A DNA stretch of 64,000 nt, taken from positions 62,001 to 126,000 of the forward strand of contig NW_027191483.1 of NCBI RefSeq assembly GCF_011745625.1, read 5' to 3'. The stretch comes from Cladosporium halotolerans (taxonomy: Eukaryota). The first letter of the stretch is position 1; every line of letters begins with the position of its first letter. Under the pieces are notes generated by a model. The model had not been told where the DNA came from. It saw only the letters and a program-made list of their open reading frames with translations, and made no database searches. Positions 49,383-60,645 of this stretch are shown here, piece after piece. A program made the translations under genes and the position numbers.

Positions 49383-50644
49383 ATGGCGGAACTCTCTTTC
49401 GTCACTCTGGACGTTTTTGGTACGTTCACATGGGAACTGTCAGATCTGCGTCCCTTCAGGCTAATCGATCGTAGTAGGTCTCGCCGTTCTCTTGATGCCC
49501 GATCCAGACTTCACTTGACTTGGCCGCGCTGAGCCGCGCAGTTGGGCCTCGCGGATGAGACCCATTCGTACGAGCGCTTACGAGCATACGACGAGCCGTG
49601 TCTGCTCGCCAACCTTCATGCAACCCGTCTTACCTTCCAACCCAGCAGACCGCCCAAGCCCTTTCATTGAATCTCGCGGAGCGCCGCTCGCTCCCCTCCT
49701 CCCTACCCGCAGAGCTCTCCTCAGCTAACCCGCACCCTCCCATCCAGACCGAGACGCGCTTCAAAGGCAACCCGCTCGCCGTCGTCCTCATCCCGCACGG
49801 CCAGGACCCCGCGACCGAAACTCTGCAAACCCTCGCGCACGAATTCAACCTCTCCGAAACCGTCTTCCTCTACCTCCCCTCCCCCACCAACCCCGACCCC
49901 TCCCCCACCCCCTCCTGGCGCGCCCGCATTTTCACCGTAGCCGCCGAACTCCCCTTCGCCGGCCACCCCACCATCGGCACCGCCTGCTACGCCCTCCGCA
50001 CCCTCTCCCCCGCCCCAAGCGGCACTCTCCACCTCCCCGCCGGCCCCGTCCCCATCTCCCTCACCACCTCCGGCGCCGCCGCCCGCGCCTCCGTCCCGCA
50101 CGCCCTGCACCTGCACACCGAGACCCCTTTCTCCCTCGCGGACGTCGAAGCCCTGCAGCCCGCGCTGCGCGCGCACCGCGTGCGCGCCATCGACGTCGTG
50201 AGCCCCGTGCGCGGGATGAACTTCGCGTGCGTGGAGCTGGAGGGCCTCGAGGCGCTGGGCGCGGTCGGGTGCAACGGGCTCAAGCCCGCCGTGAGGCTGG
50301 ACAGGGAGTGGGACGTGGGGTTCGTGGGGGCGCTGTTCTATGTTGTTCTGGGCGTTGAGGATGTCGAGGGCGGGGGGAGGAAGGTGCAGGTCAGGACGCG
50401 GATGATCGAGGGCGCGTTTGAGGATGCGGCGACGGGGAGCGCGGCGTGCGCGCTGGCGGGCTTCCTGGCGCTGAAGGGGGGCGTGAGGCGGGTGGAGTTC
50501 GAGGTTGTGCAGGGGGTTGAGATGGGGAGGCGGAGCGAGATTGGGGTTGTGGTTGGGCTGACGGAGGGGTTGGATGGGTTGGAGAGTTTGGAGTTGAGCG
50601 GGAGCGCGGTGCGGGTTATGGAGGGGAAGGTGGTGGTGGAGTGA
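49383..50644 (+). CDS. PhzF/PhzC-like (diaminopimelate-epimerase-fold) protein (310 aa; exons 49383-49418, 49748-50644)
   Basis: Joined N-terminus MAELSFVTLDVF|TETRFKGNPLAVV, EFNLSETVF, RIFT..ELPFAGHPTIG, EDAATGSA, QGVEMGRRS. Confidence 0.9.
49419..49747 (+). other. Predicted [D1,2] stwintron: internal intron 49420-49474 nested in the donor of external intron 49419/49475-49747
   Basis: G|GTACGT...GCTAAT...TAG|TAGGT...GCTAAC...CAG; removing the inner intron creates a GTAGGT donor; only this route restores the PhzF frame. Confidence 0.85.
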
Positions 50645-51639
50645 GTGAGTGCTGTTGTGTCTCAGGTTTGAGGTGATGTGAGGTTATGTGTTTGATGTGT
50701 ATTTTGTGGGGGAGTATAGATTTGTCTTACTTGGGCTTGGTTTCGATTTACACGCATACAAATATCCTTTTGATCGTTTCTTGCATCGTGAACAGGCACA
50801 ACCAAGGTAGTGCCCTTCAATAGGCATCGTATTCAGCTACCTTCCATAAATCCAGTAAGGGACTATCAGACCGCGTGTCTGTGAAAGCAACAATGCTCTA
50901 TATCAAATTACCGAATAAGGCTATCAGTGCATCATTCCGCTTACTCGGGTGTGCATTTTGAACGGTAGGGATGTTTGACACGGTATGGTTACTAGGGTTA
51001 GGGTTGGGGTTAGCTCGAAGGCCTATCTTCAACGACGACCGCTTCTTGCGAGAGGCATCAGTCGACCGAACTTTTCTATGCGAAGCAGCTGACAAGTATA
51101 CCGTGGTGAGAGGCGGTTGTTTGCTGCAAATCTGCCTTTTCATGCATTTGAAGACCCCATAGCAATGATTTGGAGGTCCATGAATGCGTTTGATGAGCAC
51201 AGAAGGCACCACATTGATCCGAGGGGAGAGCTGTGTCGAAAACAAGAGCGTCCACAATGTTCCCACTCGTTGATGACACTGCCGATCTATAGGGCATATT
51301 TCACCACAAGAAATGGAAAAGCAAGCCGAATCGACAAAGTCAAGCTCCACAACTCTTCACATTCAAACTCTCCTCCTTCTATCTCATCGTGCCTCTCGCA
51401 ATAATCTACTTCCTTTCTTTCCCACCCTCAGGGTGAGGACACCACCATGCCAGTGAAGTTGCGACTCTAAAGCGGGAAGAACAAAAAACCCCCAACCTCA
51501 TCGAAAGAAGAAAGAACGCCGTTCCAAAGGCTGTCTGCGGGACACGAAGAAGAAAAGATGCAAAACGTCCCTCCCTTCACTTCCCTCCTCATCTCCCAAG
51601 CCAACTCGCTAACAGAAAGCAGTAACATTACACGCCACC

Positions 51640-54600
51640 TCAAAGGTCGCCCTCGTCTTCTTCACTCAACACCTCCCCGTTGCCGTTGTACCCCCCACTA
51701 TGCCTATACCCATTCACACCCCTCGAACCCGCACCAAGATCGCCATCCTCCTCGTGCCCGTCCAGCTGCCCGGCGCCGGCGCCCTTGGCGTCGATCTGCT
51801 GCTGCAGGACGGCCTGGGCGGAGACGATCTCGGCGAGGCGCTTGAGGCGGGGCGTCTGCAGCCAGGACGGCGTGTAGGTCTCGAGGGCGGTGATGACGCG
51901 GGGCTCGGCGATCTCGTAGGGGCCCGAGTCCTCCATGTCGACGGCCTGCAGCAGCAGGACGTCGGACTTGGGGTCGGTGACGCGGGAGGCGACGGCCTTC
52001 ATGATCTCGCCGTTGATGGGCTGCTCGTAGTCGGCGACGAGGTATTGGTTGAGGAGCTTTTGGATTTGGTTGGGGGTGAGCCTGGGAGTGGCGTTGTTAG
52101 TTATGGTTCTGGGCAGAAGGGGGATGGAAGGTTGTGAACTTACATCCAGCAGATATCCTGAATGATCTCGATGTCGTTCAGGGTAGCCTTCTTCAGCTGC
52201 AGCAGCTTCGTAGCCTGCATCAGATGCTCAAGCTGCAGGGTGCCTTCGGGCATGTCGTGGCTCTTGCACCACTCCTCGATCCTGGTAATGTTGTAGTTGA
52301 TCTGCAGACCTCTCTTCCAGCTAAGGAAGTTGCGGCGCATGAGCAAGTCGTTGAAAGCGGTGACACCAACCAGTCGGAGCAGCTCGGTGACGGTCTGCGT
52401 GATGATGGTGTCTTCGATGTAGAATGCCTTCATCGCCTTGAACACGTTGTTGAGCAGGGAGAGGAGGTTGTCCATGCTGAAGGCCGGGGCGTTGGAGGAC
52501 TGCAGCAGCTTGCCGAGGAAGCGGTTGTTCTCGTTTGTGACGAAACCAGGCAAGCTCTGGCTCTCGATGATGGCCGGGACAATCATCTTGTGGAGCTTCT
52601 TCTTCAGGACCTTCATCCAGGTGTGGTAAATGTTGAACTCGAGACTCTCAAGATCGTGTTTAACGATCTCGAGCAGGCGATCGTACTCAAAGTTGTCGGT
52701 CTTCTGTGCCTCATACCAGTCTTCTGCGAGGAAGACGAAGGAAAGCATCTCGTGCACGTTGCTGAGCCAGAAAGCGCCGGGGTTGACCGCCTCATCACCA
52801 TCGTGCTGCATGACCTCTTGCTGGATCGACTGCATGACGTTGGCGAGGAAGCGCTCGCTCTCCTTCACAAAGCCGTTGTTCCACATCTCGCTAGTGACAA
52901 GGTTGATGAGGTATGCGGGGAAGAGCACCTCCTTGTCGGTAGGCGGCGGTGTCGAGCCGGGCGAGGGAATCTTCAGGTTGCGGATGAGGCCCATGGTGAC
53001 TTCGTCGTTCAATCCATCCTCATCGGCGAGAAGGTTCTCAAGCTCCATTTCAACGCTCTCCTGTGCAGGGTTGAAAGTTGAGCCAGACAGGTTCTGCGTG
53101 TGGCCAGATGTCGCGCCGAAAGCCATTGAGACAGGCCTCGGGTTGAAGGCGCCACTGAATCTCTCGCTGTTAATTTGTTCGGGACCAGCGGACCTTCGCT
53201 TGGGCTTCTTGCTCGACACCAGGTTGATCAGACCACTTGCCTGAGGAAGTTGTTGGGCAACACCGTTCGCGCCCTCGCCGTTGACAGGCGCAGCGCGCTT
53301 TGCAAGCTCGAGCTGGTCTTGAAGATCCGCAAGCTGCTGCCTGAGCGACAGCTTCTCGGTCTCTGAGACGGTCTTGCTCTGCCTGGTGGTCTCGAGCTCC
53401 TGAGAGGTAGTTCGGAGCGACTCCCGCAGGTTCTTCTCCTCGTCTTGTAGTCGTCGCATAGCAGCGGTGCTCTCTTCGTAGTTTGTCCGCAGCTTTTGCA
53501 TATCCTGCTCCATGGCTGTGAGCTTGGCAGCTGTGATACCAGCCTGGTTGGCCTCGGTCTGAAGATCCTTGGTGCGGTTCTCCAGAGCATTGTGGCGCTC
53601 TCTCCAGGACTTGAGCTGAGACTCGTAGTTCGCGACCTGGGTCTTGAGGGTCTTGTTCTCTGACCTGACGGTGCCCAGGTTCTGCGTGAGCTCCACGACC
53701 TTGTTCTCCAGCTTGTACGAAATCTGCTTGAGATCGCGCGCCTCCTCGCGAGCCGTTTTGTACTCTTTTCTCGCAAGCTTACCACGCCACAGACTCTGCA
53801 CGATGGTGACCTTGCGGCGGTAGTCTCTCCAGCCACGGAGCTGATAGCGGCTGCGCCACGAGCGCTGGATGACCCTGGCGGCGTCGCCGACGCGCTTGTC
53901 GAGGATCATCTTGCGGCAAAGGAAGGCCTTCGCCGCTGCTTCAAAGACGATGAGATCGTTGCGGAACTGTAGGTATTTCTTGCGCTCTTTCGAACCCCTC
54001 CACACACGTTGAATGTCGGTGGCACCTTTGACCTTGCGACGCTCTTCGGCGTCCCGTCTCGCCATGTGGCCACGGGCAAGGGCTTGAAATGCACGAAAAC
54101 TGTCGGTCGCCTCCAGGTAGCGACGTCGGTAGTATTTGGCGCGGAGGTTCTTCTGGATCATGATCGCAGCAGCGTTGAGACGGTTGGTGCGCAGACCTTC
54201 CAAGAACGCAAGCATACCAGCACGGAAGAAAATCTTGGTCAGACCAAGCTGGTACTTGTCGCTTCCGTCGTTCTTCGCCTCGCCGAGTGCCTGGCGGAGA
54301 ATGTTGTTGCCCATCTCTCGGATCTCGGTAGTCCATTGCGTCGAGGGAATGAGCATGTAGTATCTGAGTGCGAATTCCTCGTAGACCCATCTTGTCGGGT
54401 AACCAGCACAGCTGATTCTGACGGTCTCCAACACACCACAAGCACGCAGCTGAGACAAGACCATGGGTCCCTCGAACTTCCAAGACTCTTTGCTCTCGTT
54501 CGGCTTGATACACCTGATATAGTGCACATCCGTCGAGTTAATTGTCTGCATCAGTTCGATCAAGCTGCCCTTGAAAATGCCACCAAGTGTAGGCTTCTTC

Positions 54601-56592
54601 GCGGACACGGCGCTCCTCTTCGTGACTGCGTTGGCAGCCTTGGGGTTTGCGGTGGCTGTCTCACGTTCCCTAACAGCTGCTGACATCTCCAAGACCTCGC
54701 TGAGGAAGGAGTTTGAGCTGCTCTTAAGGTTCTCCAAATGCTCGTCCGGCACGGTATCTCTGTTCTTCTCGATGAAGCCCTCGCTCTCGTATGTGACGTC
54801 GACGGCATAGTGGCAGACTGTGAACGCGCTCTTGCCGAACCTAGGCTTCTTGTAGAACTTGTGCTTGTCGCCAGAGTAGTTGTGGTGCAGCTTGTTGACG
54901 AAGCTCTCATCGGAACCCATGGGCAGCCTCGATTCTTCGTCCAAAAGCGCGAGGACACCAAGCTTGCCTTCGATCAGGTCGATACAGGGCTGGTTGTCCG
55001 AGAAGTCGATGAACTTCCAGTCGATCTCCTCACGAAGGTACTCCTCTTGCTCCAGCTTGAAGACGTGCTGGTTGAACTCCTGCTGGAGCTTTTCGTTGGC
55101 GTAGTTGATACAGAATTGCTCGAAGCTGTTCTTGGCGAAGTGCTCAAATCCATAGATATCCAGAACGCCAATGAAGCTCTTCATCTGCGCAACCACCTCC
55201 GCAGGTCCAAGGAAGCCGTTCATGGTCTCGACCAGCCAGTCGAAAAGAGAAGAGTAGATGTACTTGGCCACGGAGTCTCTCACGACAATCGCCTGCGCCT
55301 GGTTCAGGTTGGACATGATCTTCTCGCCACGGGTGACGAGCTGCTTCTTGACGGTCCATTTCGCGAACTCGCTCGCGTCGATGCCGAGAAGTTCGCAAGC
55401 CTTGACGAGCGACGGCTCATCCGCCGCAAGGGACGAATCCGATCGAGAAGCGGTGATCTTGATGTTTCCAATGTGCAAGAGCGCGGCCAGGACTCGCCAA
55501 AGAGTGCTTTGGATTTCAGACGAAACGCCCAGTCTGGTCAAAGAATCGCGGGTCTCGGAGAAGTCCTTCGCATCATCCACGCCATCGATGACGGGGGCGC
55601 CGCCCTGGTTCAAGTAATCGAAGTGTTCCACCGGCACCAGTCCAAGCTCTTCCCTCTCGGTGTCTGTTGCGCCAGCCACCAGCTGGTAGAAGATGTGGTA
55701 GTTGCGCTCCTTAAGCGGCTGGAATACCAATCTTGACCGCTCGAGCAGGTAAACTCTTATTCTTGCGCCAATGATGTCGGTCTCTTTGTTGAACATAATT
55801 TCGATGTATTTGCCGAAACGGGACGAGTTGTCATTGCGGGTGGTTTTTGCGTTACCGAACGCTTCCATGATTGGGTTGGTAGCCAGGATTCGCTCTTCCG
55901 TCTCGCTCATGGTATCGGTACGACCGCGACTCCGCACGCCGGGTTGGTCAGGGGGTTCTCGTGTAGCAAAGTAGCGCATGATGTATTTGGCGCTGACAGT
56001 CTTACCAGCACCAGACTCGCCAGAGACCACGATGGTTTGGTTGCGGCCATCGCGAAGCATGTCCGCGAAGGCCTCTTCGGCAATTGCGAACAAATGAGGT
56101 GCTTGTGAAGATCGGTGCTTGCCGGCATAGATTTGGACCATGCCAGGGACGTACAGCGAGTCTACCCTGGCGAAAGGGTTTGTTGCGATCAGCACAATAC
56201 CGGAGTACGTGTATATCTCTTTCTGGGCATAGCGGAGCTTGATGGCCTGCAACACGGCAGGCTCGTTCAAGTGAGAAAGGTTCGTCAGATCATCGCTGGC
56301 CTCCAAAATTGAAGGGTTCATAAGCGGAGGAAGGGAAGCATTGCTGTCGTTGAGCGCGGCAAGTGTCGTCTCGATCGTTTTGCTCTGCGCGAGTAGTATT
56401 GTCAGTGTGCTGTCCCATGTCTCCAGGGCTGACACCAGTATGTGGTCGGCAGCATACCTCGCCATTCTCCAGAGCAAACACCAGCTTCACGTTCTCCCCC
56501 TCGACAATCTTCTGTTCCACCTCGGAGGCAACCCAACCCTCAGTTGCGTCCGGCTGCCAGGCCTTGGTGCCGACTTCGTAGGCGTGAGACAT
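51640..56592 (-). CDS. MYO2: Class V myosin (1605 aa; exons 56592-56458, 56384-52144, 52081-51640)
   Basis: GESGAGKT P-loop, NDNSSRFGK, DIYGFE, LRACGVLE, IQ repeats, coiled coil, DIL cargo domain (FLSWKRGLQINYN, EHLMQATKLLQL). Confidence 0.97.
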
Positions 56593-58394
56593 GGTTGTCT
56601 CGAAAGCACTCGCGCGCCTCGAAGATGAGGAGAGATGCGGCTCAGTCGAGCGGGTGCGGTGTCTAGCCCCTCAGAATCCACGGGTTCTGGAATGGAAACG
56701 ATAATACAGGTTGTTCGCGCTCCGCTCTTCTCTTGACACGCTCGCAGCGCGTTATTAGGATGACACGACGGCGCAGGGTCCGGGCAAAAGACAATTAAAG
56801 GGTGGAAGTGGAAGCAGAAAGGTCCCAGGGTAACGCCAGCGCTATGCGGTGCGGCAAAGCAGGTCGTCGGTCACGTTGGCGCGCGCAGCCAGCGAAGCGG
56901 GCAAACGAGTCGGCGCCGGCAGGGAAGGGCGGCGTTGACGACGGTGGGCGGAGGGGGGAGTAGGGTGGTGCAGGCGCAGAGGCGGGTATAGCAATGGCGG
57001 TGTCGGGAGGAGGCATTAATTATCTGAGCTCCGACATCGATTAACGGCCGGGCGCACTTCCAACCTCGCTCGCCCTGCCCTGCCTGTCTCTCCGCGCCGC
57101 CGCTGGCTCACCCTGTCACCCTGTCCTCGAACCCCTTGACGGCAGCCCGCGCGCGCTCCGGGCGGCGGGCCCAGCCGCGGCTAGGGCTCCCTTAGCCTGC
57201 AGACGCGCTGGCGTTGGGCGGGTGTTTCAGGTGCGGCGCTGGCGAGCCTCAAACCACCCATCCACGCCATCCCGTCCGCCGCCCGGCAGAGGCTCTGCGC
57301 ATGCAGCGCGAGGATGCCCGGCCCTGCGAACTCCCTGCTGTGCGATAAAGGGGCGCCCGCCGCCCGTCGCCTCTTCTTCACCACTCGTCACCCCGCGCTG
57401 GTGACCCTAGGGCAGCCCTGGATCATGTGACCGCGCGAATGCTCTGGCCATTGAGCACATCATTGGACAGGGCATCTTACGCAAACCTCCCTCCTCGCTG
57501 GCACACTTCATCACTGGCGAGAGTACCGTCAAGTACGTTTGTACTGCTGTATACATGTACCACGACCCCGACACGCCGCGCAAGGCGCGAGCAACGAACC
57601 CTTCACCATTCACATCCCGTCGAAGCTCGGGCCTCCTCGCCTACAACGGGCGGACGTTAACAATCTCGTGAAGACTGCTACTACCGCCGTGCCCTCAATG
57701 CACTACTTGCGTGCTAGTCCTGATTGCCGGAGCTTCCCTCCAGCCTGGTAGAAGAGACTGACGGGACGTAAAAGCATTCGCAACGAACGTCACCCAAGCT
57801 CGCCTCACCAAGGTCCTAGACCATGCGTCGTAAATGCGTTTCTCAAAGCTGCTCATCATTGGCATCGAACGTTGTAAGACAACATCAGGCGATGGTGCGA
57901 GCGCCGGACGCTTTCTATTGCGCACATGGCGACTGACGCAGATCGCACTTCCAAATTGCCAAGCTCGTCTATCTGGAACGTTCTTATAGCTGTGATCAGA
58001 ATCCTGGTCCATACTACCTAGTCGACGCGGGTACTGACCATGGGCTCAATAATACTGGCGATATCGCGTGACTGTCAGCCACATAGCAATGGAGTCTTCA
58101 TGGCTTTGAGTAAGGTTGTAACCACAGAAACCGTCTGGACAGGGCATAGACGACTCCTATGCATAGATCATGAAGGCCAGAAAGGATCTGCAATATATTC
58201 ATCTTATAAAGGAAAGCTGGGTATATCAAAATAACAATAGCCCGAGAGACTCAGGCTCCCCGGTAAAGACTGTTCCTCCTCCCAAAACACCTCGCTAATC
58301 AAACCAGAGCCTGCACAATCCAGCTGTCCGCGAACCTGTCTATACTGAGAAGACCGTGAAGCCCCCCCTGGCCGCATCTATTCTCCAATGCTCA

Positions 58395-60272
58395 TCAAGG
58401 CACATTCCTCCCTCTCGCGGCCATCCTCGCTTTTGCGGCTGCGATTCGCTCCGCGCTGACGATTCGGCCTTCCTTGTCTTTCGTAGCTGCACTGGCCGCT
58501 GATCCACGCGGCGCATGGAGTGATTCGATGCCCTCTTTCACTCCGTTAGACAGCCCATGCGCTGCGCGAGACGGGCTAACATTCTCCTTAGACGTCGCCC
58601 TAGTCGTTGACGCAGGACGGGCTGGCAGGGGTTTGCTCGTCGGAGCCGTTGATGAAGTGTAAGGTTTCGCATCAACCTCAAAAGGACTAGACGGGAGCAG
58701 AGGCGAGCTGCGAGCTGCCAGTCTCTCGGCGGAGGAAGTCTCTTTGACTGTGGCTTTGGCGGGCGGATCCGCGGAATTCAGGTCGAGAGAGTCGCATCGC
58801 TTGACATCCTTAGTGTCGTCGGTGGGGGGCGCAGTGGGCTGGTCGTTCCGTGAGGCGTTCTGCTCGGTTCCGGTCTGGCGTGTGATGGCACTTGCACGCT
58901 CTTGTCTAGCACGCCTGTCCATCTGCTGCGAATTTATGCTGAGAGACTTAAGCGGGGTCAGATTTGTTCCGCTCGTGACAGCTCTCCCATTCCTGACGTT
59001 GTCCGCATGTAGATCTGGCTTCGACGGAGTCGGAGGTCCGGAGCAAGCCAGACTGCGACTCCATAAATCTGTGGGAAGGCTACCGGGTTGGTGACGAACG
59101 CGGGTTCGTGCGGTCGTAGCCTCAGCTTGTAGCTCAACAGCAGGCTTGGTGGCACGAGCCGCATAGACATCAGGATCCTCTAGCTTCACTGAGAGGTCGC
59201 CATTTGGCATAGGGTCGACTTGATCTGTTGAACGAGAGCGCAGGTGTCCAGGTCTAGTGGGCGACGGCGCGTCCGTCTCGTCCTGTGTGCTCCGTCGAGT
59301 AGCAGCTCGAGAAGTTCTTGTGGGTGACACTGAGGGCGCGTGCCCGAGCTGAACCTGCAGTGCTTTCAATTGCGCTTCCAGCTCAGTCGTGCGCTTCTCA
59401 AGCCTTTCCACCTTCTTCTTCTCTTGCCGCAGCTCGTCTGAAAGCTCTGTGCATTCCATGTCCTTTTCTCGCGCAAAGGCTTTGGCTGCCTTCTGTTTCG
59501 TCACTAGTTTCTTAACTTCGCGCGTAGTGTTGGCGCGATAAACATCATATTCTCGCTTCCAGTATTTGCCAGACTCGGAATCTGGCTCCTCGAAATCCTT
59601 CTCTTCACTTCTCATATGGTCGTTGGCTTCGGCGATCTTCCGCTTCGCAGACTCCTCCCGCGCTTTGTGTAGGTCTTCGGTGAGCTTACTGCGCCCTCTT
59701 TTCCTTTCTCCGGGTGTGCTATCGTCTCGATCCGTCTTATCGCTGGGCTGAACCCATGGGCTGGGGAATTTGCCAGGGAAATCATTGGGCAAGCCCGTCT
59801 TGCTCCCTTCTTTGACCTTGTCTTTCTCGTTGTCCACGACATGATCCCCGAATGTGACAGTCTTCCGTCTTGCAGCAGCGGTACCCGGTGTCATGAGGAT
59901 TCCCTTGGTAGGAGAAGGTATGGGATCGGGTAGATCGTTCGGCTTGCCGAGTGCGGCTGCGTCTCCAGCGCTTTTAGGACGGGTCATCTGTGGTCTACTT
60001 GATCGCGCCGTAGCAGAAGGTCGATGTCGTTCCCGCTCGGTTGTCGAATGTCGGCGCGCATTCGAGGGAGACTGTTGCGGAGTACCGAAGATCGCATGCT
60101 TGAAGGCGCGCACGGCAAAGACCGGAGCTGGCGTCTCGGGCGCCTCCATCACTGCGCTTGTATCATGGTCTGTTTCGCGTCCGGTCAGCAATGAGATGCG
60201 ACAATCCGCGCCTGGGTATGCGCATTCACCTGGGCCATCCGGCGGCTTTGCGCCTGCGAGCCAGTGCAGCAT
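58395..60272 (-). CDS. Cut12-domain spindle pole body-associated coiled-coil protein (about 605 aa after removing the 60-nt in-frame intron 60229-60170)
   Basis: APETPAPVFAVRAFKHAIFGTP, SPTKGILMTPGT, PGKFPSPW, ESGKYWKREY, then coiled coil. Confidence 0.8.
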   Translation of the reverse strand: MLHWLAGAKPPDGPGECAYPGADCRISLLTGRETDHDTSAVMEAPETPAPVFAVRAFKHAIFGTPQQSPSNARRHSTTERERHRPSATARSSRPQMTRPKSAGDAAALGKPNDLPDPIPSPTKGILMTPGTAAARRKTVTFGDHVVDNEKDKVKEGSKTGLPNDFPGKFPSPWVQPSDKTDRDDSTPGERKRGRSKLTEDLHKAREESAKRKIAEANDHMRSEEKDFEEPDSESGKYWKREYDVYRANTTREVKKLVTKQKAAKAFAREKDMECTELSDELRQEKKKVERLEKRTTELEAQLKALQVQLGHAPSVSPTRTSRAATRRSTQDETDAPSPTRPGHLRSRSTDQVDPMPNGDLSVKLEDPDVYAARATKPAVELQAEATTARTRVRHQPGSLPTDLWSRSLACSGPPTPSKPDLHADNVRNGRAVTSGTNLTPLKSLSINSQQMDRRARQERASAITRQTGTEQNASRNDQPTAPPTDDTKDVKRCDSLDLNSADPPAKATVKETSSAERLAARSSPLLPSSPFEVDAKPYTSSTAPTSKPLPARPASTTRATSKENVSPSRAAHGLSNGVKEGIESLHAPRGSAASAATKDKEGRIVSAERIAAAKARMAARGRNVP

Positions 60273-60645
60273 GTTGTATCCGTTCGCTGCAGAGCAATCA
60301 ATAGCGATACTCCACGCTTAAGCGATTGTCGAGCATGCAAGGCCCGTCGGCGCAAACAGCTGCAGCCGCTGAGACCCGTTGTTTTGATGTCTATTTACTC
60401 CGCAACGAAGCCAGCCACCAGCGCTAGGGCGCTAGCGCGGCTGCCGCACTTGGACTCTGGACCCTTCTTCACATGCCATCATGCCTAACGACCTGACTCC
60501 CGCCCACCGCCATTTACAGCAAATCACCACCTGACAGCAAAGCACCCAGGAAACATGTTCCGCGTGTGAGAGACTGCGGCTTCGGCTGCATGTCTTCCTG
60601 CGTCGTCCCACATGAGGCGGCTGTCCAGCCCTTATCGAAGCAGAT

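Noticed and set aside
49475..49477. 3-nt micro-exon or zero-length-exon explanation instead of a stwintron
   Set aside because: Both need the poor donor GTCTCG and leave the frame shifted by 1 nt
49500..49612. Small hairpins and TACGAGC repeats in the external intron as a snoRNA or riboswitch
   Set aside because: No C/D, H/ACA or TPP-riboswitch signature recognisable by eye
49598..49747. ORF-track N-terminal extension of the PhzF-like ORF (GTG start)
   Set aside because: It is intron sequence; the upstream exon supplies the conserved FVTLDVF
49383..50644. Phenazine biosynthesis cluster
   Set aside because: The PhzF-like gene is solitary, with no other phz or secondary-metabolism genes nearby
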